A DNA stretch of 64,000 nucleotides from Octopus vulgaris (taxonomy: Eukaryota), in assembly GCA_951406725.2 (NCBI GenBank), contig OX597817.1:145886001-145950000 (forward strand). Reading direction: 5' to 3'. Under the pieces are notes generated by a model. The model saw only the letters and a list, made by a program, of their open reading frames with translations. It was not told where the DNA came from and made no database searches. Shown piece by piece: positions 37,323 to 50,112 of this stretch. Made by a program: the position numbers and the translations under genes. The stretch's first letter is position 1; every line of letters begins with the position of its first letter.

Positions 37323-38502
37323 CTGCAGGCAGAAAGAAAACATTTTTGAATTAATATTTAAAAAAATATTAAGGCAGCAAGCTGGCAGAAACGTTAGCAT
37401 GCCAGGCGAAATGCTTAGCGGTATTTCGTCTGCTGTTATGTTCTGAGTTCAAATTCTGCCGAGGTTATCTTTGCCTTTCATCCTTTCGGGATCAATTAAA
37501 TAAGTACCAGTTATGTACTGGGGTCAATGTAATCGACTTAATCCCTTTGTTTCCCCTTGTTTGTCCCCTCTATGTTTAGCTTCCTGTGGGCAATAAATAA
37601 ATATTTCAAAAATATTAAGGCAGCGAGCTGGCAGAAATGTTAGCATCTCAGGCCAAAATGCTTAGTGTATTTCATGTTTTTATGTTCTGAGTTCAAATTC
37701 TGCTGCGGTCGACTTTGCCTTTCATCCTTTCGGGGTCGATAAATTAAGTACCAGTTGCATACTGGGATTGCTCTAATCAACTGGCCACCTCCCCTCCTTA
37801 AAAATTTTGGGCCATGTGTCTAGAGTAGAAAATAATATTTAAAAAAATACAAAGAATATAGCAATGTGAACCATCTTCAGGGAAAGAGAATTGATACATC
37901 ATCAAATTATTTTTACTCTCTCTCTCACACATATATAACATTACAGTGTTTGCCAAAGAGAAAACTCAGCTGCTTTCAAGACTTGGTCCTTCAGTTTCAA
38001 GCCTCTATTAATATTCCAGCGGCGAGCTGGCTGAAATGTTAGCATGCAAGGCAAAATGCTTAGCAGTGTTTCATCTGTCTTTACGTTCTGAGTTCAAATT
38101 CCGCTAAGGTCGATTTTGCCTTTCATCCTTTCGGGGTCGATAAATTAAGTACCAGTTGCATACAAGGGTCGATCTAATCGACTGGGGCCCTCCCTCAAAA
38201 CTTCTGGCCTTGTGCGTAGAGTAGAAAAGATTATTCCTTTTTAGTGCATCTCCTTTGTTCATTTGAGGAGTTGACAATAATAGTACAACACCTGTCACTG
38301 ATTATAACACAAGGGCCAGTCAGGCAGCACTGGCAACTACCACGCTCAAATGATGCTTTTTATGTGCCACCAGCACGAGGGCCAGTCAGGTGGCACTGGC
38401 AACGACCATGCTCGAATGGTGCTTTTTATGTGCCACCAGCACAAGACCAGTCATGTATTTTATTAAAGGGGATTGCATTATATTGAAATAAAACAAACTT
38501 AC

Positions 38503-38603
38503 TATGCTGCACTTTCTATAAGGTAATCATAAATATCCCGTAGTTTACTGTCTTCAGAAAAAGTCAGGGTCTGTGGGATGAGGCTGCAAGCCAGACAGTC
38601 TTC
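38503..38603 (-). CDS. UBA3: UBA3 exon (second CxxC Zn ligand)
   Basis: EDCLACSLIPQTLTFSEDSKLRDIYDYLIESAA(Y). Confidence 0.95.
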
Positions 38604-38734
38604 CTGGAAATAGAAACAGAGGCAAATATATGACTAATTTAATATAAAAAACAAAAAAAAAAACAGACAGAACCATCCAAGAGCAGAATAAATAACCATA
38701 AAAAACAGATTCCTTAAAACTATTGGGGCATCAT

Positions 38735-38963
38735 TTAACTCTTTTGATACCAACTTGGCCGAAACCACCTCTGGCTCTGTAGTATAAACCTCTTTGTTTT
38801 CATAAGTTTTGAATTAAAATCTTTTCCCAAACCTTAGTCGCAATTTATGTTGCTAACACCAGCTTTAATGATAATTAAGTTATTTAACTAAATTCTTTTA
38901 TATTTAAAATAATTGAAAGAAACACAAAGGATCTGAAAATAAATATGGTAATGAAAAGGTTAA
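38735..38963. mobile_element. piggyBac-type MITE, family 1
   Basis: Colinear with 11986-12214, with TTAA at both ends. Confidence 0.8.
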
Positions 38964-39819
38964 AGTTATATAAATTTTAATACTTCAGCATTTGGAAAAA
39001 GAACTAAAAAGACAAGGAGAAAATTTTTAGGATATAGTTTCTTGATTGTAAGAGATTTAAGACAAGTTAATATGTGTCAGTCAATGGTTTAAGGATATTT
39101 CATTTTTGTATTTGGTTTGCAAGAGTTTTTATGTGAAGCAGCGTGTTGAAACAGATTTTGTTGTATCTTGAGTGGGTCATTATGCCAATAATAAACACAT
39201 ACACTGATTATATTTCACATCTTTTGTTATTAGTTTATTCATTAGCTATTTAACCAATTAACTAATTGATTATTTGATTAATTGTTCAGGCAATCAATCA
39301 ATCATCTAGATCTGTCAAAGTCCTTTTGACACTATTCGTAACCTCATCAGCGATATGGCCTTTCTATACTGAAGCAGATCTGGAGTAAACTGAGAGAGAA
39401 AGAGCATGTCACTGATGTGGTTGTGAAGAATAGCAAAGATAGGACTTGCTGATGATAGATTCACTGACCCATTCATTATTATCATTATCATTATGCCACG
39501 TAATAAAGCATCTGTGCTGGTGCCACATAAAAAGCACCCAGTACACTCTGTAGAGTTGCTGGCATTAGGAAGGGCTTCAAGCTGGAGAAACCAAACTAAA
39601 ACTGACTATGGAATCTGGTGTGACTCCTGGTCTTGCCAGTTCCAGTGAAACCACTGAACCCATGCCAACATAGAAAAAGGGACATTAAATGATGATGACG
39701 AGGTTCCATGCTGGCATGGGTTGGATGGTTTGACAGGAACTGATGTGTCCAAGATTGGTTAATTGGTTTAATAGTTAACCACAAGAAGTGAAATAGAACC
39801 AGAGTAATATTTTTACTAT

Positions 39820-40537
39820 TAGTATAACAAACCTACTGAGATACAACAAAGTTTAAAGTCATTAATTTGGGGTTAGGTAAATGCTTTGTATTTTGGTTTA
39901 TTAACTTTAAAAAAAATTTTAATACTTTTCTTCTTACAGCATGCATAAAAGGAAAAGGGTCATTGAAGGTAATGTACTGTTAACAGCAATCATGGAAATG
40001 AAGCAAAATGTCAATGAAATGCTTGTAGGAAGTCTGATTGCTAATGGCTACAGTTTGGCATAGACGTGAAGATTGCAGTAGAGGTGTAACTAGTGTAGGG
40101 CTGCTTTGCAGGCAACATTTTTGGTATTTCCTTCAGGAGCATAGATGAATAAGTTATCTGGATGGCCAACTCTGGAACAACTGATGGAGAACTGTTCATG
40201 TGAAAAGCATGATGTTCGAAGGTCCAATCTGACAACTTTCAACAACTGACCTTGTGCTTTGTTAATTGTTATGGTGAAGCTGAGTTTGAGAGGTAACTGA
40301 AATCTCCACCTAGAGTAAGGGCAGTCTGTTGAGATTAGCAGCTTTTTAGGAATAAAAACGGTATCATTTTTGTCGTGTTCCATTATTTGCTTGACCACAA
40401 GGCAAGTTCCACTGCATAGTGTGGGTGTATTTAGATTGCGTAGGAGGAACTTTTAAGTGAAGTTCACGCATTGTAACAACTGTAAAATTGTCACAACTTT
40501 GTATGAGTAAAAGCAGAGAATATATATATAATATAGA
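39820..40537 (-). mobile_element. Helitron deletion derivative with a PIF1-helicase C-terminal remnant
   Basis: LLRNL..LC.GT.LVV and FQLPLKLSFTITINKAQGQ..LDLRTSCFSHEQ..SCSRVG motifs. The 5' end reads A|TCTATATT at 40537; the 3' limit is uncertain. Confidence 0.8.
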
Positions 40538-41201
40538 TTAATTGCTGAAAGTTTTTTAAAAAATAATTAAAAGTTGATTTAAACTGCATGGCTACTTCAA
40601 GGAAATGCTAATGTGCAAATATAAGCAGTTTGCAGTGAATGAGCATTGTAAAAACTGTAGTAGAAGACGAAGTGAAAGTAGCAAAACTGTGTCATCAAGA
40701 GTAATGTCCCTTGAAGCAATGATCATTGGTATTTGTTATTTACCTATGAGAAGGTGTTTTTGTCCACTAGGGGCAGCATTACTCATTATGTGGAAAGTTT
40801 GAAGAGTCTATGACCATCTCTGGAACATAAGTGATGTATGTTCCCAGTGTGAACAAAATCGGATGAAAAATATTGATTTTAAGGGTGATCAAGAAAAAGG
40901 CCTATACACACACACGCATATCTTCCATTTTATTATAAGATATATATACATAAATATATGTGTGCATGGTGAACATGACACTCTCTTCACCACTTCCTCT
41001 CTCTCATTGCTATTACTTTCTCTCAGTCCCTGTCAGTTATGGCTATTTCTCTCACTACTTCTCCTTCACTGAATTACTATTTTCTCTCACTACTTCTCCT
41101 TCACTGAGTTACTATTTTCTCTCCTTTCCCTTCACTTATACTACTCTTTCTCTCACTCCCTCCTACTGAATGATTTTGAACATTTTAGATATATATATGT
41201 A

Positions 41202-41256
<55 letters not shown>

Positions 41257-42129
41257 ATTACACTCATTAATATATTAGAAGATTGCAAATATGTTAAAAT
41301 ATTTAAACACTGAATTATGTGCGTCCTATTACAAAGAGCAGGCATGACTATGAGCTTGAGAAGTTAGCTTTTCCAACCACATAGTCTCAGGTTCAGGCCT
41401 ACCTTGGGCAAGTGTCTCCCATTATAGACTTGAGCTGACCAAAACCTTGTGAGTGAATTCAGCAGATGGAAAATGAAAGAAGACATTTTGTGTGTGTGTG
41501 TGAATGGGTATTTGCATCTGTGACTGTTTATATTAAAAAGTGGTCGGTGGTGGTGTCGTCAATTTCTATTGCTAACAGATCATCCAGTCACTTTGTGTCT
41601 TGGAAACCATGTGAAATAAAGGATCCCTTACTTGGAAATATGGGAAAATGGGCATAAAATGAATGAATGAAGATTGATCAATAACATGGACATTTTTTCG
41701 TTAGCTTCAAGAAGTTTCCTCTCTAACTTCTGAGTTCATATACCTATGTCAGTGCATGTTAAGGTACATAGCTTATGGTTAGGGTAGTATTGGGTTCACA
41801 ATCATAACATTGTAGATTTGACTTCCAGACTGAGCAGTGTATTATGAGTCCTTGAGCAAGACACTTCATTTCACATTGCTCCTGTTTACTCAGCTGTAAT
41901 AGATAGTTGTTGAATGCTGGGGTAGTCCTCTTGCCTCTCTACCTGTCACACCCTGGATGTTCTGCTGGGTCATGGGTGGTTGATTGTGCAGGAATATATC
42001 TGCATCTCATACAATGAAAATTAGTTTAAATTTGGGGTTATTTTAACTTAAGTTATTAACAAATGATTATTATTAATTGATAATTAGTTCCTGACACATG
42101 ATTTAGCAAGAAAATAAATTACAACAAAC

Positions 42130-42211
42130 CTTTTTCTCAGCTTCAAATGGATAAGTATACACTCCATCAGTATCTGTGAAGTTGACATAGTTATTTAAGG
42201 GCATACAACAA
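42130..42211 (-). CDS. UBA3: UBA3 exon
   Basis: CCMPLNNYVNFTDTDGVYTYPFEAEKK. Confidence 0.95.
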
Positions 42212-43034
42212 CTGGAAAAGAAAAAAAAAGTAATTGCTACATACATCAGACATGAAAAGATACTAGTGATCATCATCATCATTGTTTAACATCCGCTTTC
42301 CATGCTAGCATGGGTTGGACAATTTGATTGAGGACTGTCGAACCAGATGGGTGCACCAGGCTCCAGTCTTGATCTGGCAGAGTTTCTACAGCTGGATGCC
42401 CTTCCTAACGCCAACCACCCCGAGAGTGTAGTGGGTGCTTTTACGTGCCACTGGCACGAGGGCGACTCAGGCGGTACTGGCAATGGCCACACTCAAATGG
42501 TGTTTTTTACGTGCCACCTGCACAGGAGCCAGTCCAGTGGCACTGGCAACAACCTCGCTTGAATGTTCTTTCATGTGCCACCCGTACAAGTACCAGTAAG
42601 GCGACGCTGGTAACAATCACGCTCGAATGGTGCTTTTTACATGCCACCGGTATGGAAGCCAGTTAGCTGCCCTGGCAATGATCATGCGCAGATGGTGCTC
42701 TTAGCGCTCCACTAGCTTGGATAGCTAAACAAACACTACAATCACAAAGTTCTAGGATAAAATAAAAGTATAAAACAGATACATTATCGAAGCTGTTTGA
42801 TAAGAGGACTGTGGTGTGAAGCTGTTTGACGAGGAGGATGCTGGGGTTGGAGGAATCGGTGAAATGGCTAGCAAGGGCGAATGGAGCATGGTGGTATGGA
42901 CATGTGTTGAGGAGGAATGAGGAGCATGTTCTGTAGCAAATAGACCATGAAAGTAAGGTAGACTGAGGAAAATGTAGAGGAGATTGGAAACAATAACTAT
43001 CACCTGATCACTTTATTTTGAGTTGTTTCATTTA

Positions 43035-43137
43035 TCACTTCCCAGACATTTGTACATTACTGCATATACTTTATACACACTTTTGACAAGTTGTGCACCT
43101 GAGCACTGTATACAATAATTTCATTATTATTATTATT
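43035..43137 (+). mobile_element. CR1/L2 3'UTR fragment with (TTA)n tail
   Basis: Near-identical to 4373-4473. Confidence 0.8.
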
Positions 43138-44350
43138 TTATATGAATGATACTTGAAATAGTGACTGTGTAAGGCTTCTTTCAATCGTCAACATTATCAT
43201 CATCATTTAACATCCGTCTTCCTTGCTGGCATAGGTTTGATGGTTTGACAGGGGCTGGCGAGGACTGCACCAAGCTTCAGTCTCTGTTTTGGCACAGTTT
43301 TTACAGCTGGATGCTCTTCTTAATGCCAACTTTACAGAGTGGAATGGATGCTTTTTACATGGCACCAGTACCAGCGAGGTTTATTTTGGCATGGTTTTCA
43401 TGGTTAGATGCCCTTTCTAACGCCAACCACTTTTTCTTACATATCTCCTGTGCTTTCCTTAGCCATCATGAAACATTTAAAAATCCCATCGCAGTACCTC
43501 CCTTCAGTGAGGACTAGCTAGTAGTCTATGTCTTGGCAGTGAAGCATAACAGCAACAAACTTAGGTCCTTCATGCAAAGCTTTCCAATATCGCTTGGAAC
43601 ACAGGAGAAACTTCATGATTTGTTTAGTAGTTTGTGGAGAACAGATCAATGTGGGAAAGGAGTTTTCTTCTGCCGAAACATTTAATTCCTTTTGTGAGTG
43701 GGGAATTAAACCTCAGGAGTGCAAGCCAGTGTAATTTCATATCATCATCGTTTAACGTCCGTTTTCCGTGCTAGCATGGGTTGGTCGGTTCAACTGGGGT
43801 CTGAGAAGCCAAAAGGTTGCATCAGGCTCCAGCCTGATCTGGCAGTGTTTCTACAGCTGGATACCCTTCCTAATGCCAACCACTCCGTGAGTGTAGTGCG
43901 TGCTTTTTACGTGCCACTGGCACAGGTGCCAGGGGAGGCTGGCAGCAGCCACGATCGGTTGGTGCTTTTTACATGCCAGTGACATGGAAGCCAGTCAAGG
44001 CGGCGCTGGCATCAGCCACGTTCAGATGGTGGTTTTTACATGCCACTGCCAATACTACCTACTGTACTAAATTATATCAACTGTAGTATCTATATAGAAC
44101 TAGCTGGACAGCACCAATGACAATATATAAACTACAAAGCCCTCATCTGGCTGTCTCAGGTCTTATCAATTGGGTCATTTATGGCTTAACTTTAAACGCC
44201 ACAGAATTCCCTAATAGAGCTTTCCATTGAAAGAAAATTGGCAGAACCAAAACACATAGAAATATATTATATCTTAGACTTATTCAAAATATCTATAAAT
44301 CCAATGAAGATGGTGGTGGTGGTGGTGGTGATGAAAATAACTTAACTCAC

Positions 44351-44387
44351 CTTGTTGTAATTTTCAATACTTCTGTAGCACAAGCAG
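44351..44387 (-). CDS. UBA3: UBA3 exon (37 nt)
   Basis: AACATEVLKITT(S); tttcag| acceptor and |GTGAGT donor. Confidence 0.93.
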
Positions 44388-44772
44388 CTGAAAATATCCA
44401 AAAATATTGATACAGTGAACATCCAAAAAATAGAAGAGACTTTATATTTTTTTTAAATGTTCATTTTGAAAAAAAAAGATATTCATATAACGTCTCTTTT
44501 TACTGGTTTAAAAATTCAATATTTTAGCAGAAAGGAAAAAGGAGAATTCAAGAAACTATTTGAGAGTAAAATATTGTGGCTGTAGGACAAGGAATGTAAT
44601 ATAAATGTGGAAAAAGTGTACAAAAAGACATGTTGAGAGAAAAAAAAAAGAGAGGAAATGAAATAGAGAAGAATTTGAAAGAGAAAGAATAAAAAGGTAT
44701 ACAACTAAGAAAGAGTAAAATAACAGAGAAACTGAAATGAAATGAGAGAACATCCAAGAGAAGAAAATTTAC

Positions 44773-44826
44773 CTGCAATTACAGCATTTGTTGAGGCCAC
44801 AGCTGGGATAATCCTTTTTACTACAC
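44773..44826 (-). CDS. UBA3: UBA3 exon
   Basis: GVVKRIIPAVASTNAVIA, the crossover-loop motif. Confidence 0.97.
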
Positions 44827-45976
44827 CTGTACAATAAAAGAGAAAAAAATGATTTTCTTTATACAGTGCTCTGCAACAATTTCCCTTCAGGTAAGTCAGG
44901 AACATTCCAAACACAAACTTATCAGCAATTAAACCATTGCAGGACTAATTCAGCTGTAAGAAACTGATTAGTCAGAGACATCAGGGAAAAAGTTTTCAAT
45001 ATCAAAGGGCAGAAATGTATTTAAAAGGCTAGGACAGCTGAACTATGACTGTTGTGTTCTACGTTGAAGGGAAGCAATATGAGAAAGTGATGTAACACAA
45101 GCAAATTCACTGATAAGACATTTTCGACAAACAAATCCAAAACGAGATCATGAATCATCATCATCATCGTTGTTGTCATTTAATGTCCGTTTTCCATGCT
45201 AGCATGGGTTGGACGGTTCGACCGGGGTCAGGGAAGCCAGGAGACTGCACCAGGCTCTAGTCTGATCTGGCAGTGTTTCTACAGCTGGATGCCCTTCTTA
45301 ACGCCAACCACTCTGTGAGTGTAGTGGGTGCCTTTTACGTGCCACCGGCATGGAAGCCAGTCAAGGCGGCGCTGGCATCGGCCACATACGGATGATGCTT
45401 TTAACGTGCCACTGGCACAGGTATCACAACTACAATTTCCATTTGATTTTTTGATGTTGATGTACTTGACTGAATAGGTCTCCTCAAGCACAGCAGGCCA
45501 TCCTGTGATCCAAGGCACTTGGATGGGCTGGGGCTTCTATGTGAAGCTGGTGCAGGAAACAGCCATGATAAATTAAATGTCTACTAAAGCTCTGTTTTCA
45601 TGTCATTTCTTATATTGTGGGTTAACTCTTACAGAAATGGCAAAGAATATCAAAGAAGAAGTACATCTTGTGATTTACTTGACTGATATTGTGTGGTCAA
45701 GATGATGCTTTCAGCAGAGTACTATCAAACAGATGGAAGTGGACATAACATAACTTTCCCAAGAGTGTTATCAACAGAAACTGGATGGCACCAATAAAAT
45801 CACTAAGGCTAAGTTTACCAAGTATCATTATGTGACAGTAAGTCACATGATGACTCTCAGATGGGTCATGTAACAAGAAGATTATACAATTTTACAATCA
45901 GAAAGACCATTAGTGCATAGGAAAGAAGATAATCTACTGATTAATTACAAAAGAAAACTATAAAATTTGCTGGTAC

Positions 45977-46090
45977 CTTGAGTTAATCGATATGTGACAC
46001 CAAGGATATTGAATTCATTTGCCCTGTCTAAAGACTTTTCATAAATCCATTTAATATGCTGTGGGTCGTCTCCATCAATTACAACATTCG
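45977..46090 (-). CDS. UBA3: UBA3 exon
   Basis: [38 protein letters not shown]; donor G|GTACCA. Confidence 0.96.
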
Positions 46091-47083
46091 CTGAAATATA
46101 TAAATAACATGATTATTATTTCTTAAATAAATATAAAGTTCAAGTTTAGGTAATGTTTAAGTATTCTGTACTGTATTTGTGGAAAAATTCATATTTTCCC
46201 CTCCCATCGTCTGCATTAATCTTCAATGTAGAGCAACGTCTAGAGTATCATCAACATCAACATTTAACGGCCGCTTTCCATGCTAGCATGGGTTGGACGA
46301 TTTGACTGAGGGCTGGCGAACCAGACTCAAATCTGATCTGGCAGAGTTTCTACAGCTGGATGCCCTTCCTAACGCCAACCACTCCGAGAGTGTAGTGGGT
46401 GCTTTTACGTGCCACCGGTACGAGGGCCAGTGTGGTGGTACTGGCAACAGCCAAGCCCAAATGGTGCTTTTTATGTGCCACCTGCACAGGAGCCAGTCCA
46501 GCAGCACTGGCGATGACCTCGCTTGAATGTTTCACATGCCACCAGCACAAGTATATCTTCTAAAAACAATCATGTCTATTTTCCACAGAATTACCAAAAA
46601 GCCAACATCAAATTGATGATACATACTGATTCAATAATCCTTTAGAAACCAATATACCTGAGACTGTCTCTAATTCATCATCATCGTTTAGCATCTGCTT
46701 CCCATGCTGAGATGGGTTAGGCGGTTTGACTGGAACTGGTAAGATGGAGAACAGCACCAGATTTCAGTTTGATTTGGCATGGTTTGAACGGCTGAATGCC
46801 CTTCCTAATGCCAACCACTCTGAGAGTGTAATGGGTGCGTTTTATGTGCCACCAGCATGGCTGCCAGTTACGCGACACCAGCATTGGCCACAACAACAAT
46901 TTCACTTGGCTTGATGAGTCTTCTCAAGTATGGCATATCACCCAAGATCTTGGTCACTTATCATTGCCTCCATGAGGCCCAACATTCAAAGGGTGCCTTT
47001 TATGTGCCACCAGTACAGGGCTTGTAATGTGACACCAGCATCATATTTAGATCTAAATTAAAACTTTCCATAAAAATTTCACA

Positions 47084-47305
47084 TTAACCCTTTCGTTACC
47101 AACCCAGCTGAAACTGGCTCTGGCTACAAATGTCTTGTTTTCAAAAGTTTTGAACTAAAATTTTCCACCAAACCTTAGTCACAATTTATGTTTCTAACAC
47201 TAGCTTAATGATAACCAAGTTATTTTGCTAAATTCTTTGTTATATTTAAAGTAACTGAAAGAAGCACAGAGCATCTCAAAATAAATACAGTAACAAAAAG
47301 GTTAA
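47084..47305. mobile_element. piggyBac-type MITE, family 1, nested in an older related copy
   Basis: TTAA-CCCTTTCGTTAC...GTAACAAAAAGG-TTAA. Confidence 0.8.
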
Positions 47306-47466
47306 TTTGTCCCAAGTATCAGCTTAACATTAACAAAGCTATTTTATCAAATTCTTCATTATCTTCAAAACTAATTGAAACAAAGCCAGTGTTTTTTAGC
47401 AGAAATACAATAACAAAACGCCCCAAATGCCTGCTCCAAGAGTTTTAAGCATGCAAAAAAGTTTAC

Positions 47467-47569
47467 CTCCAAATGGTTCCTGTTTAGGCCACAGTAGTAG
47501 CCGGACATATTCTATACAATGTTCTGGAAGTCTTGGTGTGTGAGCAATTGTACACAGTGGGAAATTGAT
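47467..47569 (-). CDS. UBA3: UBA3 exon carrying the catalytic Cys
   Basis: [34 protein letters not shown], with the E1 active-site motif PxCT. Confidence 0.97.
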
Positions 47570-48076
47570 CTAAAACAAAAGAAAAAATATTTTGGATTTT
47601 TATTGGAATCTTTGTAAAAATATAACATTTAGAATATATAAAAAAAAGTTCTATTTGAGAATTTCTCAGATGAATTTTAATAGAAATGGGAAAATATTCA
47701 ACTTTAAAAGTTTCAATAATAAAAAGATTATATTAATATCAGCCAAATCAAATGAAAATTAAATAACAAAAATTTTTAACGGTTTGGGTTTCAACCAGCC
47801 AAAGACAATCCTTAGTTCTAAGATACAAAACCTCTTCTATTAAAGTGTTTGTATTTAACCCTGTTGTTACCATACCTCAGTTGAAATACACTGCCTAAGT
47901 TTCAATTAATTATGAAAATAAAAAATTTACTAAAATAATTACGATGTACTTGCATAGCAAGTGACCTGATCTGATATCGTGTACTGGAATGAAAACAATT
48001 GCAGCGTGGAAGGTGTTTATAAGCCATTTAAGAAACACATGAAAACCGTTAGATTCACTTCAACATTTAAATTTAA

Positions 48077-48126
48077 TTTTCCAAAATATTTTCATCACTT
48101 TCAGACCGTGACCTGTTCACTGACAA
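48077..48126 (-). ncRNA. Second putative hammerhead copy on the inverted arm
   Basis: TTGTCA-GTGAACA-G-GTCAC[GGTCTGAAA]GTGAT-GAAA-ATATTT-TGGAAA. Confidence 0.5.
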
Positions 48127-48169
48127 TGGGATTGCAAGGGCAGAAAGAATTGCAAGGGCTGCACGGAAT

Positions 48170-48220
48170 TTTGTCAGTGAACAGGTTGCGGTCTCAAAGT
48201 GACGAAAATATTTTGGCAAA
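48170..48220 (+). ncRNA. Putative minimal type I hammerhead ribozyme (G3:C8 variant)
   Basis: TTTGTCA-GTGAACA-G-GTTGC[GGTCTCAAA]GTGAC-GAAA-ATATTT-TGGCAAA. Stems I and II pair, and stem III is palindromic. Confidence 0.6.
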
Positions 48221-49956
48221 TTAAATTTAAATGTTGAAGTGAATCTTACGGTTTTTGTGTGTTTCTTAAATGGCTTATAAACACCTTCCATGCTGCAATT
48301 GTTTACTAAAATAACTTTTGTCATTATTAAGTTGGTGTTTGGAAAATAAATTAAAAGGAATTTTTAAAGGAAGGTTTTAATTTAAATCACTTTAAAATTG
48401 GAAGTTTGTATCATAAAACAAAGGGCAATCTCAGGTGGATTGATAAAAGGGTTCAATTAAAACATTTCATAATTTCAATAAGATTATTGTTTTTAAAAGA
48501 CAAAAGCAATGTCTGAATACAACAGTCATGTCACCATATAACATAATCACCATCTGCTCACTGAACTAGCTAGAAATAACAACTAAATCTCCCTCAAATC
48601 TGACCCTACCATTGTAAAAGAGGATACTATAGACAGCATAATCATGGTTGCACAGTGAAAACATGATATGGTTGTGGCTAGAATGACTTTGGTCAGTTCA
48701 ATCAGGGTTGATATGGGCCTAACAACAACACAGCAGCAATGCAGACAAGGCTGTGGAGTAGACTTCATCTGTTATCAGGTAACAGATGAAGTCTATGACA
48801 GAGGGAGTGGGTAAGTTTGCAAGCATGCGAAAGGAGAGTAGCAGATGGACAGAGATTGGAATAGCGGGGCTCAGGTGTTAGAAATTATCTATATAATAAT
48901 CTACTTGTTTATTCACCCATTACACTTTAGTTAATTAAAGAGGTGGAAGTGGAGTAAGAGTGAGAGAGAGAGAGAGGAGTGGAGTAAGAGTGAGAGAGAG
49001 AGAGAGGAGTGGAGAAAGAGAGGAGGAAGTAGAGAAAGGTGAATAATTTTAATACACTTAGGCCAAATGTGTCATGTGGTCAGCTGAAGGGAGACACGAA
49101 GAATGAGAGAAAAAGATGGCGAGAGAGAAGTGTTGAGATGCATCATCAAACAGCCGAACTGAAATGAGCTTTGTTTCTGAAAATTATAGTGATGATGATG
49201 ATAGTGGTGGTAGTGGTGTGTTGATAGTGGAAAGTTACAGGGAGAAGATATAATAAAAAGAGAAAAAAAGACAACACCAACTGAGACATGAGGAAATGAA
49301 TGTGGACAAACGCCAAGTATATTTAAAGAAGGCTAAACTATGAACACTATAAAAATGCAAATCATTCTTTCTTTCTTAAATGGGTCCTCTTAATTTTTTT
49401 CTTTCCATGAAATATACATGGGTCCCATCATAGTTTAACGTCCACTTTCCATGCTAGCATGGGTTGGACGATTTGACTGAGGGCTGGCGAACCAGATAGC
49501 TGCACAAGGCTCCAATCTTGATCTGGCAGAGTTTCTACAGCTGGATGCCCTTCCTAATGCCAACCACTCCGAGAGTGTAGTGGGTGCTTTTATGTGCCAC
49601 CTGCACAGGGGCCAGTCAGGCAATACTGGCATCAACCTCGCTCGAATGTTTTTTCACGTGCCAGTAAGGCGACACTGGTAACAATCACATTTGAATGGTG
49701 CCTTTTATGTGCCACCAGCACGGAAGCCAGTTAGCCGCTCTGGCAACGATCACGCTCAGATGGTGCTCTTAGCACCCCACTAGCACAGATGTCAGTCATC
49801 GAATTCGATTTCACTTGCCTCAACAGGTCTTCGCAAGCAGAGTTTAGCGTCCAATGAAGGAATGGTACCCATAAGTAGGCTGGTTATAAGCATAAGTGGG
49901 CTGGTTACAACTAGTAAATAAATAAAAGGAACAAGTTAGAAAATGTTAAATCATAC

Positions 49957-50112
49957 CTGAGGTGGATAAAAATCCAAAGTACATTCAATACAGGCAGACA
50001 TTCCTGGAAATATAACCCTGGCATTACCCTTGAAGCCTTCCGTTCCACCATCAACCATTGGAATCACAGATGCTTGATCAAGAATACCATCTTCATAGTT
50101 TAATAAACTTAT
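49957..50112 (-). CDS. UBA3: UBA3 exon
   Basis: [52 protein letters not shown], with the DGGTEGFKG and CxxC motifs. Confidence 0.97.

Larger units (their letters stand above)
47939..48304. mobile_element. Penelope-like inverted-repeat remnant with hammerhead motifs
   Basis: 134-bp inverted arms at 47993-48126 and 48171-48304, an asymmetric extension on the left, and a flanking direct repeat TTTACTAAAATAA. Confidence 0.65.
47855..48451. mobile_element. Older piggyBac-type MITE in reverse orientation, hosting a Penelope-like insertion
   Basis: TTAACCCTG...AAAAGGG ends. The internal sequence is the reverse complement of family-1 relatives at about 21480 and 25320. Confidence 0.6.

Noticed and set aside
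47979-48324. Pair of similar ORFs on opposite strands
   Set aside because: An artefact of the inverted repeat with no protein-like features.
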